From Gemmatimonadales bacterium (GTDB lineage Bacteria; Gemmatimonadota; Gemmatimonadetes; Gemmatimonadales; GWC2-71-9), in assembly GCA_038321865.1 (NCBI GenBank), contig JBBQFH010000016.1, forward strand, positions 1 to 64,000: DNA of 64,000 nucleotides. Direction: 5' to 3'. Made by a program: the position numbers and the translations under genes. The notes under the pieces were generated by a model. It was given only the letters and a program-made list of their open reading frames with translations. It made no database searches and was not told where the DNA came from. Below, in pieces: positions 1 to 9,838 of this stretch; within the stretch, counting starts at the first letter, position 1, and each line of letters begins with the position of its first letter.

Positions 1-1
1 C

Positions 2-1081
2 GAGCTCGCCCGCCAGGGCGACAACCAGGCCGCCGCGCTGATCGCCGCCGAAGCGAGCTCGGCCACCGAGGCCCCCGTAGCCGCCCGCGAGGCGGAAGCG
101 GTCGCGGAGGTCCGTGCCCGCAGTGAGGCCCGCGCCCCGCGGGCCGCGACGGCGTACGGCCGTGGGGGACGGCTCGCCCTCGCGCGCGCCGAATGCGGCG
201 GCGACGATGGCAGCGACATGAAGATCGCGGCGCTCAACGCGCTGCTGCAGATGGACGCGGAGCGCGCGGTGCCGATCCTGAAGCAGGTGCTGGCCCGCCG
301 CGACTCCGGTTCGGTCTGTCTGCGCCGGAAGGCGGTCTTCCTGGTCTCGCAGAAGCAGACCGACGGCACCGAGGAGATCCTGCTCGATGCGGCCCGCACC
401 GATCCGGACCCCGAAGTGAAGCAGCAGGCGGTGTTCTGGCTGTCGCAGGTCGGTACCGAGAAGGCCGTGGCGGCGCTCGACTCGATCCTCCGCCGCTCGA
501 CCGACCCGGGCCTCCAGGAGAAGGCGATCTTCGCGCTCTCGCAGCACGGCGGTACTCGCGCCACCGCGGCGCTCCGCACCTACGCCGAGCGGGAGGACGT
601 GTCGGAGGAGATGCGGGAAAAGGCGGTGTTCTGGCTGGGCCAGAGCGGCGACGCGGAGAACGCGGGCTTCCTCCGCACCATGTACAGCCGGACCAGGAGC
701 AGCGAGCTCAAGCAGAAGATCGTGTTCTCCCTTTCGCAGGCCGGCGGCGCCGAGAACCAGAAGTTCCTGCTGGATATCGCACGCAACAAGAACGAGGACC
801 TCGAAGCGCGGAAGCAGGCGCTGTTCTGGGCCGGACAGTCACAGTCGGTGTCCACGGCCGATCTCGCATCGCTGTATTCGACGATGCCGGACCAGGGAAT
901 GCGCGAGCAGATCATCTTCGTGCTGTCACAGCGGAACGACGGGCCGGCGATGGACAAGCTCATCGACATCGCGCGACACGACACCGATCCCGACCTGCGG
1001 AAGAAGGCGCTGTTCTGGGTCGGACAGTCGAAGGATCCGCGCGCGACGCAGCTGCTCCAGGACATTCTGACGGACAAGTGA
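2..1081 (+). CDS. HEAT-repeat protein (5' end outside window)
   Basis: Frame of ORF 218..1081 is open back to the window start (ELARQGDNQAAAL...). Repeated units of the type D.D..VR..AVFWL.Q / AIFALSQ. Confidence 0.85.
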   Translation, partial: ELARQGDNQAAALIAAEASSATEAPVAAREAEAVAEVRARSEARAPRAATAYGRGGRLALARAECGGDDGSDMKIAALNALLQMDAERAVPILKQVLARRDSGSVCLRRKAVFLVSQKQTDGTEEILLDAARTDPDPEVKQQAVFWLSQVGTEKAVAALDSILRRSTDPGLQEKAIFALSQHGGTRATAALRTYAEREDVSEEMREKAVFWLGQSGDAENAGFLRTMYSRTRSSELKQKIVFSLSQAGGAENQKFLLDIARNKNEDLEARKQALFWAGQSQSVSTADLASLYSTMPDQGMREQIIFVLSQRNDGPAMDKLIDIARHDTDPDLRKKALFWVGQSKDPRATQLLQDILTDK

Positions 1082-1088
1082 GGACGAC

Positions 1089-1862
1089 ATGAGAATGATT
1101 CCGATCTGCGCGCTCGCTCTGGCGGGCGCGCTGGCCGCGGCGCCGGCCCTGGTATCCCAGTCGCTCGAGCGGCGCATCGCCTCCGCGCCCGACGGCACGG
1201 TACGGATGACCTTCGCGGCCCGCGAAGGAGTATGCGGAGGCGGGAACGGGAACAACATCAACATCCGCGACAATTCGGACCGGAACGTGGACTGGGACTC
1301 GGATTGCGAGCACGGGCCGGTCCGGACGGTGCTGAGCGTAAGCGGCGGCAAGGTGACGCGGGTCAGGACCTACATCGGCGGCCGCTGGCGCCAGCCGGCA
1401 GGAAGGGTCACCGACCTCGGCACGGTGCCCGCGCGCGAAGCGGCCGACTACCTCCTCGCCCTCGCGGGCAGCGGCCGGGAAGGCACCCGCGATGCCGTCT
1501 TCAGCGCGACCCTTGCGGACAGCACGGTGGTGTGGCCCGGCCTCATTCGCATCGCGAGGAACGAGTCACTCCCACGCGAAACCCGGCGCAACGCGATCTT
1601 CTGGCTCGGCCAGGCCGCGGGCAACGCCGCCACTGCGTCGCTCGACTCGATCGTGGCCGATCCCAACGGCAATCGTGAGGTCCGCGAGTCCGCGGTGTTC
1701 GCCCTGTCGCAGCGGCCGCATGCGGAGGGCGTCCCGGCCCTGATCCGGGTGGCGCAGACCGATCGCGATCCCGACATCCGCCGCAAGGCGATCTTCTGGC
1801 TGGGCCAGAGCGACGATCCCCGCGCGCTCGCCCTCTTCGAGAACCTGCTCACCAAACAGTAG
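1089..1862 (+). CDS. Secreted HEAT-repeat protein
   Basis: N-terminal signal peptide; C-terminal repeats RRNAIFWLGQ, RESAVFALSQ, RRKAIFWLGQ, paralogous to the upstream gene; GAGGA RBS. Confidence 0.85.
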   Translation: MRMIPICALALAGALAAAPALVSQSLERRIASAPDGTVRMTFAAREGVCGGGNGNNINIRDNSDRNVDWDSDCEHGPVRTVLSVSGGKVTRVRTYIGGRWRQPAGRVTDLGTVPAREAADYLLALAGSGREGTRDAVFSATLADSTVVWPGLIRIARNESLPRETRRNAIFWLGQAAGNAATASLDSIVADPNGNREVRESAVFALSQRPHAEGVPALIRVAQTDRDPDIRRKAIFWLGQSDDPRALALFENLLTKQ

Positions 1863-1951
1863 CAACCTTTCGGCGGCTGCGGCGGTCTAAGCCATTCGAC
1901 GACTCGATATCCACATCGAATGGTGGCGCCGCAGCCGCCGGAGCGTTCCCC

Positions 1952-4570
1952 ATGCTGTCGGTTTCCTGCGCGATGCTCGTCGCGCTCTCCCCCGCCGTGC
2001 AGACCATTCATCCCGTGTCGTTGTTCCGTGCCGATACCGGTGACCGCCCGCACCGCGCGGCCGCCGCACCCGCCGGCGTCCGCGCCGTCCGCCTGACGAA
2101 CCCGATCGTGGTGGACGGCGCGCTCGACGATGCCGGCTGGAAGGGGGCCGTTGAAATCACCGACTTCCACCAGCGCGAGCCGACCGAAGGCGCGGCGCCG
2201 AGCGAGCGCACGTCAGTCTACGTCGTCTACGACGACGCGGCGATCTACATCGGCGCGCGCATGTGGGACGCGCATCCCGACTCGATCGTCGGGCGGCTCG
2301 CCCGGCGTGACACCGACGGCAGCTCGGATGCATTCGTGGTCTATCTCGATCCGTACCTGGATCGCCGGACCGGCTTCTTCTTCGGGCTGAGCGCCGCGGG
2401 TACGCCCTACGACGGCACGCTGCTGAACGACGACTGGAACGATGACACCTGGGACGGCGCCTGGACCGGCAAGGTTCGCCGCGACGCACAGGGCTGGACG
2501 GCCGAATTCCGGATTCCCTATTCACAGCTCCGGTTCCAGCGGAAGGACGTGCAGGCATGGGGCGTCAACTTCAAGCGGGAGATCGCGCGGCGGAACGAGC
2601 AGGACTATCTGGCCTACACGCCACGAACGGGCAGCGGTTTTGTCTCGCGCTTCCCGACGCTGTCGGGTATCGAGCGGATCACGCCGCCGCGTCACCTCGA
2701 GGTGCTGCCCTACGCGACGGCCCGGGCCGAGCTGGGCGATCACCAGCCCGGTGATCCGTTCAACGACGGCTCGCGCTATTCACCCGGTATCGGGGCCGAC
2801 GCCAAGCTCGGTCTCGGCAGCAACCTGACGCTCGACGCGACGGTCAATCCCGATTTCGGGCAGGTCGAGGTGGACCCCGCCGTCGTCAACCTGAGCGACT
2901 TCGAGACCTTCTTTCAGGAAAAGCGTCCCTTCTTCATCGAGGGCGCCAACATCTTCGACTTCGGCAGCGGCGGGGCGAACAACAACTGGGGCTTCAATTT
3001 CGGGACGCCGAGCTTTTTCTACAGCCGGCGCATCGGCCGCGCGCCGCAGGGCGCCGTCCCTGCGGCCGACTACGCCGACGCGCCGTCCGGCACGCACATC
3101 CTTGGCGCACTCAAGCTTTCGGGCAAGCTGGGCAACGGGTGGAATATCGGTGGCATCGAGGCGGTGACGCAGAAGGAAAGCGCCAGACTTTTTCTCAACG
3201 GGAGCCGGGGCACCGCCGAGCTCGAGCCGCTGGCGTCCTACAGCGTCGCCCGGGCACAGCGGGAGTTTAACGGCGGACGCCAGGGTCTCGGATTCATTTC
3301 GACGCTGTCGGCGCGCCGGTTCGATGATCCGTCCCTGCGCGATCAGGTCAACGGCAGCTCCGCGGCGCTGGGAATGGACGGATGGACCTTCCTCGACGCC
3401 GATAGGATGTGGGTCCTGACCGGCTGGGCGGGCGGGAGCCGCGTCACCGGCACCGAGCAGCGGCTGCTCGACATCCAGACCAACTCGATCCACCGCTTCC
3501 AGCGCCCCGACGCCGACTACCTGTCGGTCGACAGCTCGGCGACCTCGCTGGCGGGGTGGGGCGCGCGCTTCGCCCTCAACAAGCAGAAGGGAGCGTGGTT
3601 CATGAACGCCGCGGTCGGCGCCATCAGCCCGGGTTTCGAGCTGAACGATCTCGGCTTTCAGTGGAACGGCGACGTGATCAACGGGCATGTGGTGGTGGGC
3701 CACAAATGGACGACGCCGCACCGGCTCACCCGTCGGGTCAACCTCAACACCGCGCTTTTCCGCAGCATGGACTTCGGCGGCGACGTGACCTGGCAGGGCA
3801 GCTTCACGCAGGCAAACGTCCAGTTCGCGAACTACTGGAACATGCACGCCGTCTTCGCCTACAATCCGCAGAGCTGGGACAGAAATCTCACCCGCGGCGG
3901 CCCGCTGGCGATCAACCCGCGCGGATGGGAGTCCAACGTCTTTCTGGGCAGCGACAACCGCAAAGCCTGGGTATTCGGCGCCGGTGCGCACCTCAACCGG
4001 TACGCCTTCCACTCCAATGACAGCTGGAACCTGAGCGGCAGCGTGGAGTGGAAACCGGCCAGCAACGTATCGCTCAGCGTGGAGCCAAGCTTCGACCACG
4101 CGTTCACGTCGGCGCAGTATGTCTCGACCGTCGCCGATCCGGGCGCGACCCAGACCTTCGGCAATCGCTACGTGTTCGGCAGCCTGCTGCAGAAAACGGT
4201 CTCGGCCAGCGTGCGGCTCAACTGGACCTTTTCTCCCCGGACCAGCCTGCAGCTGTACGCCCAGCCACTGGTCTCCTCGGGAGACTACGCCGACTTCAAG
4301 TCGCTGGCCCGTCCGCGGTCATACGACTTCGATCCGTACGCCGGCGATGTCGGCAATCCCGACTTCACCTTTGCCTCGCTCCGCGGCAACGCCGTGTTCC
4401 GCTGGGAATATCTGCCGGGCTCGACACTGTATCTCGTGTGGACGCAGAGCCGCGCCAACAGCGAGGACGTCGGCGAGTTCGGCCTTCGCCGCTCGCTGGG
4501 CAACCTGTTCGATCAGAAAGGCAACAATACCTTTCTGGTGAAGGTGTCGTACTGGTGGACGCCGCGCTGA
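1952..4570 (+). CDS. CBM9-like/DUF5916 outer-membrane protein
   Basis: IVVDGALDDAGW (CBM9-like start), WTAEFRIPYSQLRF, TVNPDFGQVEVD, EKRPFF; beta-barrel-type C-terminus FLVKVSYWW. Confidence 0.8.
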   Translation: MLSVSCAMLVALSPAVQTIHPVSLFRADTGDRPHRAAAAPAGVRAVRLTNPIVVDGALDDAGWKGAVEITDFHQREPTEGAAPSERTSVYVVYDDAAIYIGARMWDAHPDSIVGRLARRDTDGSSDAFVVYLDPYLDRRTGFFFGLSAAGTPYDGTLLNDDWNDDTWDGAWTGKVRRDAQGWTAEFRIPYSQLRFQRKDVQAWGVNFKREIARRNEQDYLAYTPRTGSGFVSRFPTLSGIERITPPRHLEVLPYATARAELGDHQPGDPFNDGSRYSPGIGADAKLGLGSNLTLDATVNPDFGQVEVDPAVVNLSDFETFFQEKRPFFIEGANIFDFGSGGANNNWGFNFGTPSFFYSRRIGRAPQGAVPAADYADAPSGTHILGALKLSGKLGNGWNIGGIEAVTQKESARLFLNGSRGTAELEPLASYSVARAQREFNGGRQGLGFISTLSARRFDDPSLRDQVNGSSAALGMDGWTFLDADRMWVLTGWAGGSRVTGTEQRLLDIQTNSIHRFQRPDADYLSVDSSATSLAGWGARFALNKQKGAWFMNAAVGAISPGFELNDLGFQWNGDVINGHVVVGHKWTTPHRLTRRVNLNTALFRSMDFGGDVTWQGSFTQANVQFANYWNMHAVFAYNPQSWDRNLTRGGPLAINPRGWESNVFLGSDNRKAWVFGAGAHLNRYAFHSNDSWNLSGSVEWKPASNVSLSVEPSFDHAFTSAQYVSTVADPGATQTFGNRYVFGSLLQKTVSASVRLNWTFSPRTSLQLYAQPLVSSGDYADFKSLARPRSYDFDPYAGDVGNPDFTFASLRGNAVFRWEYLPGSTLYLVWTQSRANSEDVGEFGLRRSLGNLFDQKGNNTFLVKVSYWWTPR

Positions 4571-4613
4571 GCGGCGGAGGGTCCGGCCGGACCGGGCGCA
4601 TTACCTTTCGGAT

Positions 4614-5678
4614 ATGCGCCCATACCCCCTGTTCTCCGGTCTCGCCCTCGCGCTGATCGCCGGCTGCGACGGCGCGCGCCACGCCATGCCGGTCGTCACC
4701 CTCGCGCCCGGCCGCGACACCCTCCACATCCAGTCGTCCGACGCGACCCAGGCGCTCCCGCTCGGCGGCGAGCGCTGGGCGGTGGTGTCCCCGCCCAATT
4801 CGGCGGTGGCGATCGTGGACTTCGCCTCGCACACCGTGGTCCCGCTCGCGGCCGCGGCGCCGAAGGAGCTGCAGCATCCCTCCACGATCTTCACCCTGGC
4901 CGACACCCTCTTCGTCAACGACTGGGGACTGCGCCGCACGACGGCGTGGGGCCCGGACGGCCGTCTGCTCCGCGCTGTTCCGGCGCCGGACCTGACCGGC
5001 GGTGCCCTGCCCCTCGCGGCCGACGGGCGGGGCCGGCTCTACTACGAGATCGCGCCGCCCGCGAAGCAGGACGGGAGCGGCAACCGCGACTCCGCGGCCG
5101 TGGTACGCGTGGCCCCGGGCGCGACGCGCGGTGATACGATCGCGCGGCTGGGCCCGCTCGACCTGGCTGAGGTGACGAGTGACGCGGGCCACCGTTTCGA
5201 GCGGCGCGTGTTCAGCGGACAGGATGCATGGGGGGTGCTGCCGGACGGCTCGGTGTGGATCGCGCGGGTGTACCACAACCGGGTGGACTGGATCGGCACG
5301 GATGGCCGGGTGAAGCGCGGCCTGCAGCTGCCCGATCGCATCCTCGAGGTCACGCGCAACGACCGCGAACTGTTCATTCAGCGGTTTCCGCCCGAGCTCC
5401 GCAGCACGGCCGAGCAGCTCCCGTTCGCCGCGGTCAAGCCGCCCTTCGAGCGTGCCTTCATGGCGCCGGGTCCGCTCGTGTGGCTGCAGAAGAGTGAGGC
5501 GGTCACCGATTCAGGCCCGCACTATCACATCGTGAACCGGGCCGGCCAGCCGGCACGGGAGATCCACATCAGGGGATTCTGGAGCCGCATCCTGGGCGCG
5601 ACGGACGAGAGCGCGCTGCTGGCCGAGCCGGACAGCACCGGCTACAAGCTCACCCAGGCCCCACTGCCGGCGCGATGA
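4614..5678 (+). CDS. Lipoprotein, probable beta-propeller
   Basis: Lipobox IAGC; beta-rich repeats; codon usage consistent with coding. Confidence 0.65.
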   Translation: MRPYPLFSGLALALIAGCDGARHAMPVVTLAPGRDTLHIQSSDATQALPLGGERWAVVSPPNSAVAIVDFASHTVVPLAAAAPKELQHPSTIFTLADTLFVNDWGLRRTTAWGPDGRLLRAVPAPDLTGGALPLAADGRGRLYYEIAPPAKQDGSGNRDSAAVVRVAPGATRGDTIARLGPLDLAEVTSDAGHRFERRVFSGQDAWGVLPDGSVWIARVYHNRVDWIGTDGRVKRGLQLPDRILEVTRNDRELFIQRFPPELRSTAEQLPFAAVKPPFERAFMAPGPLVWLQKSEAVTDSGPHYHIVNRAGQPAREIHIRGFWSRILGATDESALLAEPDSTGYKLTQAPLPAR

Positions 5679-5687
5679 GCTGCGGCG

Positions 5688-6413
5688 TCAGTCGAGAATC
5701 GGCGGCTCGTCGTTGGGCGGCGTGTTGGGTCCGGGGCGGTCGGTCTTGCGGCGATCCCGGCGCTGGCCTTCCTCGTACCAGCGGCGGGTGATCTCGCCCG
5801 CCAGCTCACGGTTGCCCAGTCCGAACGCGAGCCCGACGCCGAGGGCGATGGCGCCGAGGATCAGCGTGAAGGCCGATGTGACGATCTCGTCGGCGACACC
5901 CACCTGCTGCAGCGCCATGAAGATCGAGATCACGACGACCGCGCCCTTGGCGAGCTTGGCCAGCGTTGGCACGCCCGACACGGTGCCCGCCGAGGCCAGG
6001 ATGACGCCGCGCACGAACTCGCCGACGATCATGCCGAAGATCACGATCACGATGCCGGCGATCAGCGTCGGAATGAACGACAGCATGGTGCCGAACATCT
6101 GATTGATGCTCTCGAGGCCGAGCGCCGTGCTCGCCAGGAGAATGACCACCAGCATCACCAGCCAGAAGATGAGCTTGGCCATCGCGCGGATGGGATCCAG
6201 CCGGGATCCGGTGCGGACCATCGCCTCGTCGAGGCCGCCGACGTGGGCCATCCGATTGAAGTCGATCCGCTTCAGCGTGTCGTCCACCCACCGCTGGATC
6301 TGGCGCGCCAGGAAATAGCCGGCGGCCAGGATCAGCGCGGCGCCGAGCAGTGCGGGCAGCACGGCGCCGATCTGCCGTGCCCCGATGACGAGCCGCTCCC
6401 AGAGTTCGTTCAC
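5688..6413 (-). CDS. CmpX-like / small mechanosensitive-channel TM-helix repeat membrane protein
   Basis: Repeated TM helices (LPALLGAALIL; FIPTLIAGIVIVIFG); C-terminal GLAFGLG motif. Confidence 0.75.
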   Translation of the reverse strand: MNELWERLVIGARQIGAVLPALLGAALILAAGYFLARQIQRWVDDTLKRIDFNRMAHVGGLDEAMVRTGSRLDPIRAMAKLIFWLVMLVVILLASTALGLESINQMFGTMLSFIPTLIAGIVIVIFGMIVGEFVRGVILASAGTVSGVPTLAKLAKGAVVVISIFMALQQVGVADEIVTSAFTLILGAIALGVGLAFGLGNRELAGEITRRWYEEGQRRDRRKTDRPGPNTPPNDEPPILD

Positions 6414-7447
6414 GCTGCCACCTCGATGACGAGTTTGCCCGTCTGCTGCCCGTCGGCCATCCGCCGGAACGCATCCACGCTCCGCGCAAGCGGCACGACT
6501 TCATCGATCAGGGGCCAGAGCTCCCCGCGATCCGCCAGCGCCGCCACCCGCGCGTACTCCTCGTGACTGCCCATCGTCGAGCCGAGGATGTTCCACTGCC
6601 GCCAGAACAGCTTCCGCACATCGAGCCCCACCATCGGCCCTCCGGTGGCACCGCAGGTGACGAGGCGCCCGCCGCGGGCGAGGCAGCGGAGGGACCGGTC
6701 CCACGTCGGCTCGCCCACGCTGTCGACCACGACGTCGGCGCCGCGCCGGTTGGTGATGCGCTTCACTTCGGCGACGACGTCGGCCGACGCGTGATTGATC
6801 GTGTGCTGGGCGCCGAGCCGGCGCGCGACGTCGAGCTTGGCGTCGCTCGCGCTCGCGGCGATGACGGTGGCGCCGGCGAAGCGCCCGATCCGGATCGCGG
6901 CCTGCGCCACGCCGCCACCGGCGCCCCACACCAGCACGGCCTCGCCGGCACCCAGCCGGGCGCGCGTGATCAGCATCCGCCACGCCGTCAGTGTCGCGAG
7001 CGGGAACGCGGCCGCTTCCGCCCAGCTCATCCGCTTCGGCACCCGCGCGAGATTGCCCTCGGGTACGACAATGTACTCGGCGATCGTGCCCGGGCGATGC
7101 TCGCCCAGCACGCCGAAGCGCTCGCACAGCGGCTGTTCGCCGGCGAGGCAAGCCTCGCAGCGGCCGCAGGACATCCCCGGATTGATCATTACCCGGTCGC
7201 CGGCCTTAAATCGATGGACGCCGCTCCCAACCGATTCGATGGTTCCGGCGCCGTCAGTTCCCATGATGTGCGGAAAGGTCAGTGTGACGCCGGGGAGCCC
7301 GCCAGTGACGAACAGGTCGAGCCGGTTGAGCGCCGCGGAGTGGATGCGCACGCGCACGTCGTCGGCCGCCGCGAGCACCGGCTCCGGCACGTCCTGCACC
7401 TGAAGCGCGTCGAGCCCGGCCGGCGCCGTGAGTGTCAGTGCCCGCAT
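6410..7447 (-). CDS. Zinc-binding alcohol dehydrogenase / quinone oxidoreductase (MDR family)
   Basis: True start MRALTL at 7447 (TGATG overlap with upstream stop); CGRCEAC..C structural Zn site, GAGGGVA nucleotide-binding loop, GKLVI end. Confidence 0.9.
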   Translation of the reverse strand: MRALTLTAPAGLDALQVQDVPEPVLAAADDVRVRIHSAALNRLDLFVTGGLPGVTLTFPHIMGTDGAGTIESVGSGVHRFKAGDRVMINPGMSCGRCEACLAGEQPLCERFGVLGEHRPGTIAEYIVVPEGNLARVPKRMSWAEAAAFPLATLTAWRMLITRARLGAGEAVLVWGAGGGVAQAAIRIGRFAGATVIAASASDAKLDVARRLGAQHTINHASADVVAEVKRITNRRGADVVVDSVGEPTWDRSLRCLARGGRLVTCGATGGPMVGLDVRKLFWRQWNILGSTMGSHEEYARVAALADRGELWPLIDEVVPLARSVDAFRRMADGQQTGKLVIEVAA

Positions 7448-9672
7448 CAGAAGGAGGGCGTCACCGGCTGCTCGGCCGGGCCGAGGGACACCGGCGCGGC
7501 GGGGCCGACCGGAGTCAGGGAGCGGAGAAACAAGGCGAACTGTGTGCCGCCCCTGGAGTCGGCCGCCATCCGGCCGGTCACGTACGCGACGCGGGTACCG
7601 TCGCGCGAGAGCGCGAACGAGATGATCGTGGCCGCTTCCTCGAACAGCGGTGCGGAAACCGTTGAGCCCGCGGGCTGCCGCACCAGCGCGGATCCGCCCC
7701 GTCCGCCCCGGTCCACGATGTACGCGAGATCGCCGTTGGGAAAGAAACGCGGGGACGCCTCCCGGGCCGGGGTCGCGGTGATCCGCCGCTGGTTGGAGCC
7801 GTCCGCATCCATGATGTAGATCTCCTGATTGCCGTCTCGCGCGGAGGTGAATGCGATGGTCCGGCCATCCGGCGAGACCGCCGCCGCGCCGTTCCCGCCG
7901 GGGGTGGCCGTGAGTGGACGCATGTCCTCGCCGTCGGCGCGGATCGAGTGGAGCTGCGAGGCGCCGCCTCGCGCCGAGGAATAGATGAGCCGGGCACCGT
8001 CGGGCGTCCACGCCGGCTCGCTTTCGCTGCCGAGGTCGCTGGTCAGCGCACGGGCGTTCCGGCCATCCGCGTCCATCACATAGAGATCGTAGGTGCCCAG
8101 GCGGTTGGAGCTGAAGGCGATGCGGGTGCGATCGGGCGACCAGACCGCCTGCAGATTGGCTGAGGTATCCACCAGGACTGCCGTCAGTACGTCCGGTGTG
8201 CCGACCCGCCCCTGATAGATGCCGAAGCCTTTCCCCTGCCGATTGGTCGAGAGCAGGAAGTCACCGGTCACGAAGACGTCAGCCCAGGCATTCCGCCCCC
8301 ACGGCGTGCGGGCCATCGCGGTCGCGTGCCCGGGCGCCAGTGCCGAAACGGTGCCGTCACCGCCGACGGCGATGATGCCCGGCCGATCGCTCAGCCAGGT
8401 GACGCCGCTCGGCGCGCCGCGCGCGCCGCCCTGCGAGTCGGCAAAGGCGACGGCGAGTGACGTATGCTCGCCGACCGGCAGGCCGAGACGGGTCCGGTCC
8501 AGGGCGATGTCTCCCGGAACGACGGCGATCACCCAGATCGCCGGGTCGAATCCGGTGAGCCGCGCGGTGAGGCTGGTGGTGCCCAGCCGATGGGCGATGA
8601 TTCTGCCGGCGCCGGGATCGAAGGTGGCGATGGCGCTGTCTCCCACTTCCCAGACGACCGGCGCCTGCGGCACCGGGCTCGAATCGGCGGCTTCCGCCCG
8701 TGCGGTGACCGTGACGCTGCCGTCCAGCGGCACCTGCACCGGCCCTGACGCGGGGCGAGGTGACAGGAAGAAGATTTCCGCACGCCGGTAGACGATGACG
8801 TGCGTCCGCCGCTCCTGCCCGAAGCCGCTCGCAATGACGTCGGCTTCGCCGGGCGCGAGGGTCTGCACGATGCCGGTGGGACCGACCCGGACGACGGCGC
8901 TGTCGGCCGAGCGCCAGGTCAGGCCGCCGCCGATGAGGCGGTTGCGCTGGAGCGGAACGACGGCGCGGAGGGTGTCGACCATCTGCGGCGGCTGGGCGAA
9001 GATCGGAGGGGAGAGGACGAAGTCCCCCGGTGCCACGCTCACCGATGCCGTGGCGCCGAGACCACCGCGGCCGACGACCTGGATGACCCCTTCGCCCGCG
9101 GCGATACCGGTGACGGACCCATCGGAACCGACGGTCGCGACCGCGAGGCGGAGCGACTTCCAGGTGAGCGCCACCGGGGCCGCGGGCGTGCCGTCGCCCC
9201 GGAGCGGCCGGGCGGTGAACCGGCCGGTTTCGCCCGGGAGCAGGCTGAGTGCCGCGGGATCGAGCGCGATCGCCGCGGCCAAGCCGCCGACGGCCGGCGC
9301 CGACGAGGCCGTCGCCAGGCTGTCGCGGGCCGCGGCGGTGAGCGTTCCACCGGGCGCGGTGACGAAGACGGCAACCGCGACGCGCCGCTCCTGGGCCCGA
9401 ACCTCGATCCGCGCCAGCCCGGCGCGAAGACCCACGACGGTGCCTTCGGGGCTGACCCGGGCGATCGTCGTGTCCGAGGAGCCGAAGGCAAACCTCGCTG
9501 TTGGCAACAGGTTACCCTGCTTGTCGAAGGCGGCTGCGAAAAGATCCTGCTTCTGGCCGATCCCCAGTGTGAGCGTCTCCGGGGTCACCTGCACCTCGGC
9601 GACACCCTGGGCACGGGCCGGCCGAACGAGCCCGGCGACGAGCAGGAGCGGCAACGCAAGCACGATTCTCAA
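7447..9672 (-). CDS. Secreted protein with Ig-like (Big_2) repeats and C-terminal TolB-like PD40 propeller
   Basis: Signal peptide; W.S....A.V...G.V Ig repeats; WSPDRTRIAFSS, WTPDG, SPDGRTIAF repeats. Confidence 0.8.
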   Translation of the reverse strand: MRIVLALPLLLVAGLVRPARAQGVAEVQVTPETLTLGIGQKQDLFAAAFDKQGNLLPTARFAFGSSDTTIARVSPEGTVVGLRAGLARIEVRAQERRVAVAVFVTAPGGTLTAAARDSLATASSAPAVGGLAAAIALDPAALSLLPGETGRFTARPLRGDGTPAAPVALTWKSLRLAVATVGSDGSVTGIAAGEGVIQVVGRGGLGATASVSVAPGDFVLSPPIFAQPPQMVDTLRAVVPLQRNRLIGGGLTWRSADSAVVRVGPTGIVQTLAPGEADVIASGFGQERRTHVIVYRRAEIFFLSPRPASGPVQVPLDGSVTVTARAEAADSSPVPQAPVVWEVGDSAIATFDPGAGRIIAHRLGTTSLTARLTGFDPAIWVIAVVPGDIALDRTRLGLPVGEHTSLAVAFADSQGGARGAPSGVTWLSDRPGIIAVGGDGTVSALAPGHATAMARTPWGRNAWADVFVTGDFLLSTNRQGKGFGIYQGRVGTPDVLTAVLVDTSANLQAVWSPDRTRIAFSSNRLGTYDLYVMDADGRNARALTSDLGSESEPAWTPDGARLIYSSARGGASQLHSIRADGEDMRPLTATPGGNGAAAVSPDGRTIAFTSARDGNQEIYIMDADGSNQRRITATPAREASPRFFPNGDLAYIVDRGGRGGSALVRQPAGSTVSAPLFEEAATIISFALSRDGTRVAYVTGRMAADSRGGTQFALFLRSLTPVGPAAPVSLGPAEQPVTPSF

Positions 9673-9724
9673 GCGGACCTTGGCGGTGAGGGTCGGCCCC
9701 GGACGGGGCGAACGACACTAAATG

Positions 9725-9751
9725 CTTGCACTAACCATCAGGAAGTGCAAC
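9725..9751. promoter_or_regulatory. CIRCE-like inverted repeat (possible HrcA operator) in divergent promoter region
   Basis: CTTGCACTA-N9-AAGTGCAAC; perfect TTGCACT/AGTGCAA arms; 6/9 match per arm to TTAGCACTC-N9-GAGTGCTAA. Confidence 0.45.
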
Positions 9752-9838
9752 TTATACCGGATTATTGTGTGCACCGCGGCGCCATGGCGCTGCGCGACCG
9801 GCGGCGACCCCTGCCGCGCAACCGACGAAGGAGCTCCG

